From contig CM075998.1 of NCBI GenBank assembly GCA_038087875.1, positions 808,001 through 872,000 of the forward strand: 64,000 bases of DNA. The letters run 5' to 3'. The position numbers were made by a program, and so were the translations under genes. Below, piece after piece: positions 49,976 to 63,468 of this stretch (position 1 is its first letter; the number at the start of each line of letters is the position of its first letter). The notes under the pieces were generated by a model. It did not search any database and was not told the DNA's origin. It worked only from the letters and a program-made list of their open reading frames with translations. This stretch comes from Malacoraja senta (taxonomy: Eukaryota).

Positions 49976-51419
49976 TTCTGGGAAGAGCATTTCAGAGCTT
50001 TAGGCCTTTGGAGGTTGAAGGCTTGGTCACCAATGGGGTGGTCAAGTGATGACATTTGTGAACGATCCAGAGGCCAGAAGTGGATAAAAACGGGTAGGAC
50101 CAGACAGGATGTGCTGATAATTTGACACCCTGGCTGATGATGAACAAACCATGCAGTCCAGAGGTTGAACATGAAGCCCTCATGGAAATTGTGGCCCAGC
50201 ACTACATATGTGGTGGCATTCAGTACCAGAGCCATCATTGAACTCGGAGCTTTGATCCAGAGGACAATCGAGAAAGTGGAAGCCTCTGACTGCTTGGTTC
50301 CAATCCTGGGTGCTGTCCGATACTCGGCTGGGCTGTCTGCAAGTCCAGAGTGCCCATAGGAAGTGGAGGATGCCCAAGGGAAAGAATATCACCAGTTTAA
50401 TTTCATTTTGGAATTTGATTTAGGGTACGAATTTTGAATTAATTTTACTTAAAGCACACAAAAGATTCGTCATTCCTTTTCACTTTCAGTACTTGCCTGA
50501 GTGCATTGTGTTTTTATTAAGCTTCTTTTAAAAATAGACTTTGGCTGGCACACAAGGTTCTACCCAATAAAAAGGACATGGATTTATGTGATCTTGGGTT
50601 GTAACAAAGTACACCGCACACATTTTTTAATCAATAGAGTTTTTAAAATAGTGTCCCCAATCAGGCAAGCAGACTGAATCTAAAGGCATGCAAATGTTTG
50701 TCGGAGTAACCATTCCACAGGAGTGTTGCTGCTCCTGTTCTAGGTCCCAGTGTTCTGTATTAAACCACAAAGTGCTGGAGTAACTCAGTGGTCAGGCAGC
50801 TTCTCTGGAATGGGAATGGACAGAGGGCGTTTCAGGTCAGAACAGGAGACGTTTTGGGTCGGGACCCTTCTTCAAAAGCTGTAGCATTCTGCACTTGGGC
50901 CAGGTGCCATAAGACTCTGGAACACAATGTAGATATACAACATGGGTCAGTGGTTGCAGGTCAGGAGAAGAAAATGGGGAGGGGGGGGAGAGATGGATGC
51001 ACAATCTCTATCTCTTCCTTCCACCACCCCCTCTTCTACTCCCCCTCCACTCTCCTGTACATCTCTTCTCCTCTCTTCTCTTGTCTAACTCTCTTCACTA
51101 GTATTTCTTGGACGAGATGGAAGTTGGTAATTTTGGGGGTTTTGATCATTTCTTTTCATCCTGGTTGAAGAGCAAGCAAGGTCGGAAGGCGCACGTCCCC
51201 AGAGATCATCTATAACAATAACATTTTTATCTCTGCACTTGGCACTTAACAAGGAAAATGGGAGCCTTGAGACCGATAACCATAAAAATCGCAGGCACTC
51301 ATAAAACCCCAGCCATATTCCTCATTGCTTAAACACAGACAATTCAATTGAAAATGTACTCATCTGCTTTCATTTAAACAGAAATATCTGATTGAAAGGT
51401 TCTCGTTGTAATCATGATC

Positions 51420-51970
51420 ATACTTTATTAGCCAAGTAGGTTTTGCAACATACGAGGAATTTGATTTGCCATACAGTCATACCAATAAAAAGCCACAAAA
51501 TACATTTTAACATAAACATCCACCACAGTGACTCCTCCACATTCCTCACTGTGATGGAAGGCGAAAAAAAAGTTCAACCTTCTCCCCTTCTTTGTCCTCC
51601 CTCGATCGGGGCCTCGAGCCTTCTGTTGACGGGACGATCTTGGCTCCCGTAGCCGGCGATCGAGCCCTCCGCATCGGGGCGATCAAACTCCCACATCGGG
51701 GGGATCTCAGCTCCCCCGCGCCGGGCGATCGGACCCCGGGTTCGGGCTGGTCGAACCTCCTGCGACTTTGGAGGTTCCCGACATCAGTCTCTACCCGAGA
51801 CTGCGAGTTCCTCGATGTTGAAATCCGCAGGCCGCGGTTTGAGCATCGATCCCAGGCAAGGGATCGCAGGCTCCGATAGTAAGTTCATCGCCCCGCGGTC
51901 GGGCTCAAAGTCAGTCTCGAGCAAGGCCGCCAGCTCCATGATGTTCGGCTGCAGAGCGACCGGTGATGCA
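51420..51970 (-). mobile_element. GC-rich non-autonomous retroelement with a Rex1-like tail (family not named)
   Basis: ACTTTATTAGCC..CATACGAGGAATTT is a reversed LINE-type tail, followed by an unusually CpG-rich body with repeated CGATC motifs. Confidence 0.45.
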
Positions 51971-52297
51971 ATTGAGTGATTTTATTGAGTGATTTTTGTA
52001 TATTTTCTGACTTAAGGACAAAATCGATTCATAGATGTCTATAAAAAATCAAATCAATTTGTTACCTGGAAACGACCTGCAGTGAGTGCATCTTGAATTA
52101 TTATCCGGTTACAATTTAATTTGGCTAATTGAACCACAATGTGGCCCCCTGGTGTAAGTTTAAAGTATATTATATATAAGAAAGATGATAAACACAAAAT
52201 GCTGGAGTAACTCAGTGGGACAGGCAGCGTACATACATACACACACACACACACTCATATATAGGTGTGTGTGTGTGTGTGTGTATATATATTATAT

Positions 52298-52585
52298 GGA
52301 CCAGGGGTAAGCCATTTAGAACTGAGATGAGGAAAAACATTTTCACACAGAGAGTTGTGAATCTGTGGAAATCTCTGCCTCAGAAGGCAGTGGAGGCCGA
52401 TTCACTGGATGCATTCGAAAGAGAGTTAGATAGAGCTCTTAGGGCTAGCGGAATCAAGGGGTATGGGGAGAAGGCAGGAACAGGGTATTGATTGTGGATG
52501 ATCAGCCATGATCACATTGAATGGCGGTGCTGGCTCGAAGGGCCAAATGGCCTACTCCTGCACCTATTGTCTATGTATCTATGTA
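52298..52585 (+). mobile_element. CR1 LINE 3' fragment flanked by (AC)/(GT)/(TA) microsatellites
   Basis: FRTEMRKNIFTQRVVNLW..GYGEKAGTGY and CR1 tail. Confidence 0.88.
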
Positions 52586-53627
52586 CATATGTGTGTGTAT
52601 ATAATATATGCATACGTATATGTGTATCAAAGATTTTGATCCATTGAGTGGATTACGTTTTACTGCAACAGCTAATTGACAGAGCAGTATCTTATACACA
52701 TATCTGGTTATGTAAATTTCTAGGTTTCTAAAGGGTGGTGCTGAGGGAATGCCGCACTCTTTTTTAATCAAATATTTATTCAAATATTAAAATAATATAT
52801 ACAGTACAGTAAACCCTCCACCAGACACTCCTCCACCAGGAGTTATTAGATTTATTTATTTACTGCTCATATTTATGTCGCTCTTCTAGGGAGATGCTAA
52901 CTGCATTTCGTTGTCTCTGTACTGTACACTGCACAATGACAATAAAGTTGAATCGGAATCGGAATCTGAATCTGAATAATGCACGATAAACTATTATACA
53001 ACTATCTTACACTCTTTGTCAAGGATGCATTCAACCCGCAGAGGTCCCAGAAATCCCCCAGGGCGCCCGTGGACAGCGCGTAGTTCCTCTCTGTGTGTAG
53101 GATAGTGTTGGTGTACGAGGTGATCACTGGTCCGCGCGGACTAGGTCGGCCGCAGGGCCTGTGTCCGCGTTGTATCTCGAAAGTCTATAGATCCAGGAGT
53201 TGAAATCTTCTCTGAAGTATCTGAAGGAGCAAAAAACAAATTTGAAGGGGGGAAGCTAAGTGGCATTTTGTGAATTTCCCTCTTCGACTTTGAGGTGAGG
53301 AGGACAGTTATGTGAAAGAGTCCCCTGGCTGGGTATTCTGGTGACTTGAAGTGTGCAGAAAATCAGACAGGAAATCAGGTTGGGTTTTTCAGGCAGTTGA
53401 GTCTTGTGCTCTATTTATTTAACGCTGTGCAAATCATATTGCATTGAATGCCATTCTTTACAACAATAGTTAACCTCCCCTGGGCGAGAGAGAGCTGCAA
53501 TACACAGAATATAAAATATCACAAACTAATAAAAGCATGTGGAGTGTGGCTGTGCCTGCTTTCAAAAACGTCCACTGTAAGTATTTGCATAATAAAAACC
53601 AAACATGCTAGAAACAGTCAGCAGGCA

Positions 53628-53900
53628 TTGGTAGAGTTGCTGCCTCACAGCACCAGAGACCCGGGTCCCATCCTGACTACGGTTGCTGTCTGTGCGGAGT
53701 TTGGACATTCTCCATGTGACCATGTGGGTTTTCTCCGTTTTTCTCCCACACTCCAAAGACGTAGGTTAATTGGCTTTGGTAAAATTGTAAATTGTCCCTC
53801 GAGCGTAGGGAAGTGTTAGTGTACGGGGTGATTGCTGGTAGGAGCGGACACGGTGGGCTGAAGGGCCTGTTTCCACGCTGTAACTCCAAAGTCAAGACTA
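53628..53900 (+). mobile_element. HE1-like V-SINE
   Basis: Same structure. Confidence 0.83.
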
Positions 53901-54019
53901 AAGGTCAGGCAGCATCTGTGGAAAGAGAAGCTGTCAATGTTTCGAGCCGTTGACCCACAGAGCTGGGAAAGAGAGAAACCAGTCCGACTGACAGGCGTGG
54001 CCATGTCCAGATCAACGCA

Positions 54020-54435
54020 GAGGTTGGATCAACTTGGATTGTTTTGTCTGCAGCATCCGCGGCGGAGGGGAAACCTGATAGAAGTATTTAAAATGATCAG
54101 AGCCAGAGATAGGGTAGACAGTTGGAAACGTTTATCCCAGGGTTGAAATGTCAAAGACTAGAGAGCGCAGGTTTAAGGGGAGAGGGGCAAAGTTGAAAGG
54201 AGATGTGTGGGCAAGTTTCTCTACACAGGGTGGTGGGTGACTGCAATGCGCTGCCAGGGCTGGTGGTGGAGGCAGACACAATGGTGGTGTTTTAAAAGAT
54301 TTTAGATAGGCATGTGCAGGGTATGAAGGGATATATGGATTAATTGCAGGCAAAGGGGATTAGTTTATGTACATCATGTTTGGCACAGACATCGGGAGCC
54401 AAAGGGCCCGTTCCTGTGCTGTACTGTACAATCTT
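54020..54435 (+). mobile_element. CR1/HER1-like LINE 3' fragment
   Basis: RLDQLGLF.L..RR.RGNLIEVFKM and tail AAGGGCCCGTTCCTGTGCTGTAC. Confidence 0.78.
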
Positions 54436-54714
54436 CTAGAACTCTCTGAGCACTCATTTACCGCACACACTTTGTTCATTCATATGTTAATGCCACTGAT
54501 CCTGTGCCAACCAGAACCAGCCACCAAATGACTGGACCTATTGTGTGATCCTTGACATTTACTGCAGGCAGGTTATGAAAGCCAGCGCCCTGCACTCGAG
54601 CCAAGGACTGTGGCCAGCTGACATGCACAAGCACTGACTTTGTCCTCATTCAGCCTTTGCCACCTCTGAACTTCACTGTTGCACTGCACGCCTGGCTCAC
54701 CTCCTTCATTCAAA

Positions 54715-55050
54715 TCTCCACAAACTCAAGCTCGTCCAAACTCTGCTGTCTGTAGTGCCCCGTTTGCCCCCACCCCACTGCTGGCTGATGTCTGGTTCCT
54801 GTTTAAACAGCACCTCTCCCTCGCTGTAATCACCTCCAGCTCCAGCTCAAAGTCCCTGTGGGATATCTGCGCTCCTCCATTTCTAACCCCCGAATGGTGT
54901 CTGAATTGAATCTGTTCACCACTGGAGTCTGTGCTTTCAGCTGCCTGGGTGCTTTGCTCTGAGATTCCCGCCTCGAACCTTTCACTTTACACCTGCTACC
55001 CCGTTGTGCAAGATTTTGATCCGCTGCCCAATATCTCCGTTTGGGGCTGA
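54715..55050 (+). mobile_element. Old L2 LINE 3' fragment
   Basis: CCAAACTCTGCTG...CACCCCACTGCTGGCTGAT..TGG..; GCTTTCAGCTGCCTGGG..CTCTG, an L2-like C-terminal pattern; a similar piece lies at about 24410-24730. Confidence 0.5.
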
Positions 55051-55099
55051 ATGTTAATTTTTGTTTGTTTAATGTGAAGGATCTGAGGGTGTTTTTGGG

Positions 55100-55405
55100 C
55101 AGCACAGTGGTGCAGCTCATAAAACTGTTGCCTCACAGCGCCAGAGAACCGGGTTTGAACCTGACCTCGGGTGCTGTCTGTATGGAGCTTGCACGTTCGC
55201 CCTGTGACCGCCTGGGTTTTCTCCGGGTACTCCGGTTTCCTCTCGCGCTCGAAAGACATACAGGCTTGTAGGTTAATTGGCTTGGTAAAATTATAAATTG
55301 TCCCTAGTGTGTGTAGGATAGTGTTAGTGTGCGGGGATCGCTGGTCAGCGCAGACTCTGTGGGCTGAAGGGCCTGTTTCTGCGCTGTATCTCTAAACTAA
55401 ACCAA
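55100..55405 (+). mobile_element. HE1-like V-SINE
   Basis: Same structure, tail TCTCTAAACTAAAC. Confidence 0.86.
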
Positions 55406-58400
55406 ACCTCTAACAAATGTGAAGGAGGGTCCCGACCTGAAACGTCGTCTGTCCAATTCCCTCCACATATGCTGCCTGACCTGCTGAGTTCCTCCAGGAG
55501 TTTGTTTTGCTGGAGATTCCAGCATCTGCAGCCTCTTGTGCCTGGATGTGTGGTCACTGTTGTAGTGTGGCAGTCATTTGCATAGCAGGCTCCCACAAAC
55601 TGCAGTCTGCACTACCAGCGGACAATCTGTTTAATCAGGCGGATTGAGAGCATCTTTCAGCAAATACCTGCCAGCGGTGATCACGGAGAAGCAAGTTAAT
55701 GAATGCTTTTGGTTGGAAACAAAGAGCAACTTCCTCATTGTGGTCACATTAAGGGTAATAATATGAGTTGGATTAGCTGACATTTGCAACCAGTAGTTTG
55801 ATGTCACTTTGCTCTCCCCTCTCATCACCCCAAAGTCAGGAATAAAGGCAGGTGCAGCGTTGATGGTGTCAGGCTGGCATCCAGCGAGCAGCACCCTGCA
55901 ATTACGATTGCCACGTGAAGATTGTGCACCAATCACCGCTTTCTTCCAGGGGAGGCGACATTTGTCTGTCTCTGGCCACATCATTAACGCTGCTGAAAAG
56001 AGGGCTCAGGCCGACGTGCACAAGTATCCCAGATGCTTTGCATATTGCCAGGCTTGCATTGTTAAACAAACAGACCCCTTCTGCCGGTCTCTCTGGACGT
56101 TGCGCGAATTCCAACCCATTGACTCGCTGTGGAGTCTGCCGTTCCATGTAGGATGCTCATGGCAACAGCCAATGCTGCTCTGCAATTGGCCCATTCGTGG
56201 TGCTGTTCAAGATGGCCAAGCTGTCTCTGAGAGTGTTCATTAAATACCCGACCCACGTGTCTGCACTCTGTGCAGGAAGGAACTGCAGATGCTGGTTTAC
56301 ATCGAAGATAGACACAAAATGTAACTCAGTGGGACAGGCGGCATCACTGGAGAGAAGGAATGGGTGACGCTTCGGGTCTGAAGAAGGGTCTCGACCCCGA
56401 GACGTCACCCATTCCTTCTCTCCAGAGATGCCCCCTGTCTCACTGAGTTACTCCAGCATCTTGCATCTATCTTGTCTGCTTTGGATGAGGAGGATAAGTG
56501 GCACTCTTACACTTATCAGTGCTGCATCCTGGGATGCATGGCAATTGAACAATTTCATGGCCTCAACTCCAAAGGTTCTGCTGACGCCCCAAGCATTAAT
56601 GTTAAAAGCTGCAAATGATTCTCAAAGCTCTGCAGTAGCAACCACCAATACACTGAAACGGGCAGAATTGATAAATCATGTTTTAAAAAAAAATGCAGAA
56701 CCCGTTTGAAAGGCCAAGTGGCCTATTACTATAATGGTCCTATTTCATATGTTTGAACGAACACTCTTTACTCCTGGGAATACAAGGTCACCTTGGAGCC
56801 TGACTTCAGACACTTCTAATCTGGGATGGGCCGCCTATCTCTAGCTAGTCCCAAATGGGAAAAATCGGACAGTAAAAAGAGGACTATGGAAGCTCGAGAG
56901 GGATAGAGGGATGGCGGAGGGAGGATTTGAAAATGACTGCTGTTGACTTTGGTTCAAGGCTTTGTCAGAAGGATGGTGCTTCCTACAGCCTGAGCAACAC
57001 CTCAGAATTCTTTGAGAGGAGAGACAGATTTTTTTTTTCCCCCTGTTCTGCCACATGTTAGTCCCTCGACAGACACCTCGACAAACGTCTCATCCCATTT
57101 ACAGGGACAGCAGGTCCGTGGCCGAGTAACTGAAGCTGCCCTTGGATCGATCAGATACTGAGTAACACACACCAGCCCCACTATGGAGTGCAGCAGCTTT
57201 GGGAAGAGGGAAGCCAGCTGGCCGGGCTCCGGGACGTCGGATCCTTATTGATCAGTCTCTGCTGTGTAATGCACCGCGTTCTCTCCCCTTTCCCACCCAG
57301 TCCTCCGTAAGGGAAACACTCACCTGGTCCCACCATAGTGTCCAACAGGACACCATGCTGGAGTAACTCAGCGGGTCAGGCAGCATCTCTGTGGAGAACG
57401 TGGACAGAACAAAGTGCTGAAGTAACTCAGCGGGTCAGGCAGCATCTCTGGAGAACATGGATAGGTGATCGCACCCTTCTTCAGACTGATTGTGTGTGGC
57501 GGGGAAAGAAAGCTGAAGAAGGGTCTCGGCCTGAAACGTCACCTATCCATGTTCTCCAGAGATGCTGCCTGACCCGCTGAGTTACTCCAGCACTTTGTGT
57601 CTTTTTGTGTAAACCAGCATCTGCAGCTTCTACATATCTCGTCCATCAGTCTGGACTGGAAGTGCCCCTCCAGCACCAATGTCCCCCTTTAATGCTAACC
57701 CAACCTGTCTATTATCCATTGAACCTCTCTACTGCCAGTATTCTGCACTTTGTTGCTGATGTGCGACCTTGTCTAACTTTCCGTTGGATATTGCTGCAAA
57801 TAGCAGCGCTCCAGCACCTGCTCAGCTTTTACTGCTGTGGGCTGCAACCAGGATGACACTCGTATACACTTATTTTTTTTATCGTGCCACTAAATTTCTA
57901 CTCGTTAAAACCTCCTTGTATTTCTGCTTTGTGGCATTGAGGTAATCTGAATGATTTATGCCCAGTGACCAGATGGTAAATGTCAATGTGAGAGACGAGA
58001 GCCAAGTAGCCTAATCTCCGGGCCTTGTATATTGTTCCCTGGATCTGCAGCACTCCCGTGCATTGGTAATGGAGGGCTTTTTTGTGTTCTGATGATCCCT
58101 TGGGGAAGAGGAGGCTGGTCTGTATTATGTATTTTAATTCATTTTTTCAATATGGACAATGTAATTGTAATGTGCCTCCTCTATGCTGGGCCACATGCTG
58201 CGTGTGTAGCTGTGCTGTGAAGAGGTTCTTGTCTGATTACTGCTGGCTGCCAGTGACTCTGTGGCGAATGTCTAATGCAATCCCCTTGTCCCTCTGCAAT
58301 GGCCGTGCAGTAGATGCGTTCTACGCTATCTGCCCGGCGCAGACTCCAGCTGCTCTACCTCGCACAGAATTCCCTCCAGCTTTTTTTTTTCAAAACTGGA

Positions 58401-58541
58401 GAGGCGTAACATTTCTGCTGTGTCTTGCACATTTCGCAAAAAGCAGCTCAAAGGATACACAGGCGTTGCGGCTCAGATTCACCGGACTGACTTGAAGCAA
58501 GGGGGTTAGTTGTATGAGGAGAGAATCAGGTTGACATTGAG

Positions 58542-58870
58542 GGCGGCTCAGTGGTGCAGCTGGTAGAGCCGCTGCCTCACAGCGCCAGAGACCCGGGTTC
58601 CATCCTGACCTTGGTTGCCATCTGTGTGGAGTTTGCACGCTTTCCCAGAGACCCCGTGGGTTTTCATATCCGGCTGCTCCGGTCTCCCACATCCCAAAGA
58701 CGTGCGGTTCTGTAGGTTAATTGGTCTCTGTAAATGGCCCTGATTGTGTAGGGAGTGGACGAGAAAGTGGGTGTGAATGGGAGATCGATGGGCGGTGTGG
58801 ACTCCATGGGCCGCAGGTCCCGTTTCTGTGCTGTATCTCCAACGTAACTTCACAATAAACTAAACTGAAC
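58542..58870 (+). mobile_element. HE1-like V-SINE
   Basis: Same structure. Confidence 0.84.
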
Positions 58871-61767
58871 ATTTACTCATTAGTAAACAAAATACACTAA
58901 GTGCTGGAATAACGCAGTGGGTCAGGCAGCATCACTGGAGAACATGGACAGGTTATGTTTTGGGTCAGGACTCTCTGAATAAGGTCTAAAGCATGTTCAT
59001 ATTCTGAAGAATTGTCTGAAGAAGGGTCTCGACCCGAAACATCACCTATTCCTTTTCTCTAGAGATGCTGCCAGACCCGCTGAGTTAGTCCAGCATTTTG
59101 TGTCTATCTTTGGTGTAAGCTAGTAGGACAAGCAGCATCTCTGGAGAACATGGATAGGAATCAATCAATCTATTCGTCACTTGCACATAAGTGCAAGTGA
59201 AATTAATTTGCCAGCAGCGGTACAATAAAAAAGAACGTGTGTAGGAAGGAACTGCAGATGCTGGTTTACTCCGAAGATCAGACACAAAATGCTGGAGTAA
59301 CTCAGCGGGTCAGGCAGCATCTCTGGAGAAAGGCATGGGTGACATTTTGGATTGAGATTGGCCTTTATTTCCCCCTCCTTCCCAGACGCTCCAGGCTGTT
59401 GCAGTGCTGGACCATACTTTCAACGAAAGCCAGCATGGAAACGAGAAAATCAAAATACCTCTTAAGCCCATTCTGCCATTCAATGAAACCTGCATCTTAA
59501 CATCTGCCTTCCAGGGAACCAGAACCGCCACTGCCCTTGCTCAGCAAAAATCTCCATCTCACTTTTGACGTTTTCAATTGGCCCCTGCATTCAACAGTCT
59601 TCATGATAGACATCATGTGTTTTGTAAAACTGCTTCCCGCTGTTATCTCTGACTGGTCTGGCTCACATTTTAAGATCCTATCCCCTTGTTTCTGGACTTC
59701 CTCACACCCAGTCGCTTTGCTCCATCTCCCAAGTCCCAAACCAGATCAAATCCTTCAATCATAATCAATGAGATCAATCTTAATCTGCAACATTCAAGGG
59801 GCTATAAGCCCTTCAGTTTCACCAGGCGGCTGTAGAGGCCAAGTCAATGGATTGACTAAGGTGGAGATTGACACATTCTTGATTAGTACGGGTGTCAGGG
59901 GTTACGGGGTGATAGCAGGAGAATGGGGTTGAGAGGGAAAGATAGATCAGCCATGATTGAATGGTGGAGTAGACTTGATGGGCTGAATGGCCTTATTCTG
60001 CTCAGAGAACTTATAAACTTATGATTGGGGCTAGACTTCCCCACCTTGGGTCACTGGGGTACTATGCTTCACTCCCTGGTTCACTGAAGAAATAATTACA
60101 AATTTCAGCATGGTTTATTGGATTTGGAAAAGAGCAGAGCAGCAGAGTCCACACAGAGTGCAGGTAAATGGCAACGGCAGAGCCCAACGTGTAATGTACT
60201 GTGAGTAACAAGTTGCTCACTAAACAAGACTGCCTTTCTTTTAGCACGGCTCTCGTTGTTCAACACTGCTCTGCTCAAAGCAAACATTCTTCAACAAAGC
60301 TGGCTTCATGAAAGCTTTTTGGTGCGATTATTATAGATGACACCACACAAGAATGACACCACACAAGAATGTGTCACTAGCTGCAGTGGTTTGCAACTTC
60401 AACCCATCCAGTTTGGCTGGCCTGCGCTTGAAGGGGACTGAAGTATTTAATACCTTGCTCTTCCACTCCTGAAACCGTGTGAAGTTTGGCTCCATGCACC
60501 TTGCAGCATGGCTTGCTGGCTTGATGACCTAGTCAAAATACCCTGCCCTTCCCGAAGCCTACAACTAACGCCTACAGTGCTAACCCATAGCTCCCTTCAC
60601 CGAGCCAGCACTGAACATGGAACTTTTCAAAGTCCTACCCCTCCCCTGACATCAGTCTGAAGAAGGGTCTCGACCTGAAACGTCGCCCATTCCTTCTCTC
60701 CATAGATGCTGCCTGTCCCGCTGAGTTTCTCCAGCATTTTGTGTCTACCTTTGATTTTATCAGCATCTGCAGTTCTTTCTAAAACATAGGTAATAGGTGG
60801 ATACAGGTGACGGGGGGTGGGTTTGATAGGCAGATGGTTGACAAGGGACAAAGATGAAAAGACAGACGGTGTGAGACAAAGGATTGTGACGCTAGAGGAA
60901 GGAAGGTAGATGGAGAAATTGGTGAGAGGCCACGTGGGGCACAGGGAAGGGGGGGAGACAAAAGGATGGGAACAAAAGACGGGAATGGGGAAGAGGCTGG
61001 GGGCTTTGTAGCACTTTGTGTCTTTTTATGTAAACCAGCATCTGCAGTTCCTTGTTTCTTCATTATTTACTAAGGTGTTCAGCTGGTCTCTTGTTGTACG
61101 AGACGTCTGAAGAAGGGTCCCGACCCGAACGTCACCTATCCATGTTCTCCACAGATGCTGCCTGACCCGCTGAGTTACTCCAGCACTCTGTGTCTTACCT
61201 TGGGAAATAATTTGACTTTATGAAGCTAGAAATCGGTTGCTTGTTTACAGGCCTAGAACATAATAAACGATTTGTAAACGCTTCAATCAGGATTATTACT
61301 TTACATTGTGGGAAGAGAAAGGAGACAACAATTTAATGAAAGACAAATTTGGAACTGCTAAAAGCAACTCTTTCCACACTTAGACGGGTCAGAAGTTAGA
61401 ATCTTCAAATTTACTTCCCAGCACAGTCTAAAATCACCGGCAATAAAGGCGATTAATTGAATTTAAAGAAAGCGCATTTACTATTTATTATTTAATATCA
61501 GACATCTCCCAAACTTCACACCGATTGCTTGTGGATGAGAGGTGATTTAATTTTTGTAAACCTGCTGGACAGTAAATAACGGAATTTATTTGGTGCATTG
61601 CAGACATCGTCTCCCTTCGGTTTTGTAAATTGCATGAACATTCCCAGCCGATTGACTTGTTAGATTTGATGTTGAGAATGTTGTAATCCTGTCTGCTCTG
61701 TGATTTACCTCAATTGTTATTGAGATTGACAGTTATAGTCTGTGCCCATGATTTTAGGACTCTCCCG

Positions 61768-61907
61768 CTCCCTCTCCCCCTCTCCTCCTCTCCCCCTCTT
61801 CCCCCTCTCTCCTTCCCCCCTCCTCTCCCCCCCTCCCCCCTCTCCCTCCCCCTCCCTCTCCCCCCCTCTCTCTCCCCCCCCCCCCTCTCTCCCCCTCTCT
61901 CTCCCCT
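61768..61907. repeat. 140-nt pure polypyrimidine/polypurine (C/T) tract
   Basis: No purine on the + strand from 61768 to 61907; many C-runs, hence G-runs on the - strand. Confidence 0.95.
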
Positions 61908-62853
61908 GTCCATCAATGCTGTATCCACCCATTTTCCTGCTGAAATTCTGAGTGTGTTTTTTGTGTGTGATGTAAATTGTAGCTCACACAAGCAGCTTGC
62001 TGGCACTCTTGCTGTTGATGTGGAATGTGTCATCCTGCCTCCATGTTCCCTCTCCCGCAGTAATTGCCTTACTGACAAATAAGAGATGGATTTCTACCCG
62101 AGCGATTAACATTGAGCAACTTATCTTCTCCCCCCACCCTCTCCCCTCGCCCTCCAGCCCACCCCCACACCGAACCCTCTCGCTTCTCAGCACCCTCGTC
62201 TGCACTCCTGTCATCCCGAGGTCACGACGGAGCACAGGAGCGTTTTTAATGAGGGGTTTGAAGGATACGGGAAGGGGAACAACCACTAATGCAAGACACC
62301 ATTATACTCCAAGGCTGGAAAGGGGGAACGGGGATTCCAGTCCACATTTTGCAGAGGACCCTCGCTGAGCCGTTCAGACCCGAATCAATGTGAATTCTCA
62401 ATGTATACTCTGGTGTCTTCATTATCTCATCAAGCTGCTTGATCCGAGAAGTGTTGAAAGGATTTCAGTGGTTTATTCCACAGAACTAGGGCTTGCTTGG
62501 TTTTTTTCTTGCCTCTTCCTCCTCCCACCCCTAAGCCTTGTAATGGTTTTATATCATTTTTTCTCCCCGTTCAGTATTTCCTCCACTTCCTTTTGGCACC
62601 TGAAATGTAAATAGGAATATGTCCGGAAACCTTGGAAAGAGCACTGCAGCTGTGGTAAGGGAGGGAGCAGGGTGGGTAATGAGGATGCTTGATGCCTAGG
62701 ATGATCTCTGTTCTGCAGCGCAAGGCATGCATCCTTTTGTATTGCACCGTGGATTCCAAGAAATCTAGCCCATAGAATTATAGTCCGGATGGGTGGTCTG
62801 TGTTGGAGCCATGAACCTTTCGGAGCCCTGTGCTACCTTCGTACTCTGAACTC

Positions 62854-63468
62854 ATGAACAGTGGAGCAATCTTGCAACGAAGGACTACTTTTCATATCTC
62901 TCTCACACTTGTGAAATTCGAGCCTCTGAGCGATGGAGGCAGTGGGAGTGAGACTCGCCAGAGGGACAAAGCCACCCCATCTGAAGAGGAACCTGGAGCG
63001 GCGGAAGCTGCAGAGGAGGTCTCTTTATTGCATGACCAGGGTGCCTCCGGCCGCGCGCCCCGAAACGCACGGTTAAAAACCGTCCAGAATGCGGAGGCAA
63101 TTCAACCGGGAACAATAGGCGGCAAGTTCATTATTGGACCTGAAGGTAAAGCACCATTGGATTTCGGACCAGCTCAGAGTGAAGAGGACGAATTTCCAGG
63201 CAAAGCACACCTTCAACCGCCGACAAAATCTGTGAGTACATCTGAAAATGTTGAATTGTCGCCTCCTTGTGCACTCCGCGGCCAGCCCGCAGCCCTTCGC
63301 ACGCAGACCGATGCCAAGAGCGCGAATGAGGGGACGCAAGATGCCCAGTTGTGTGCCAGTCCTCTACTGAGGAGAGTTTCGCCCTTCCCTTGGTTTCTAG
63401 GACTAGCCGTGGCAAAGCACAGACTGAGGCGGAGCCTCGCAAAGTACCAGAGGAGGAAGGAGCCTTGA
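62854..63468 (+). CDS. AGAP2: AGAP2 PIKE-L-type alternative first exon, 5' reading frame (MNSGAILQRRTTFHISLTLVKFE...)
   Basis: N-terminal motif matches mammalian PIKE-L ([20 protein letters not shown]); as written this frame stops at TGA 63466-63468. Confidence 0.8.
   Translation: MNSGAILQRRTTFHISLTLVKFEPLSDGGSGSETRQRDKATPSEEEPGAAEAAEEVSLLHDQGASGRAPRNARLKTVQNAEAIQPGTIGGKFIIGPEGKAPLDFGPAQSEEDEFPGKAHLQPPTKSVSTSENVELSPPCALRGQPAALRTQTDAKSANEGTQDAQLCASPLLRRVSPFPWFLGLAVAKHRLRRSLAKYQRRKEP

Noticed and set aside
55809..56243. 144-aa ORF in unique intronic sequence
   Set aside because: Non-ATG start, no recognisable homology or convincing exon boundaries.
61710..62082. Pro-rich and Gly/Arg/Glu-rich ORFs on both strands
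   Set aside because: Low-complexity translation of the C/T tract.
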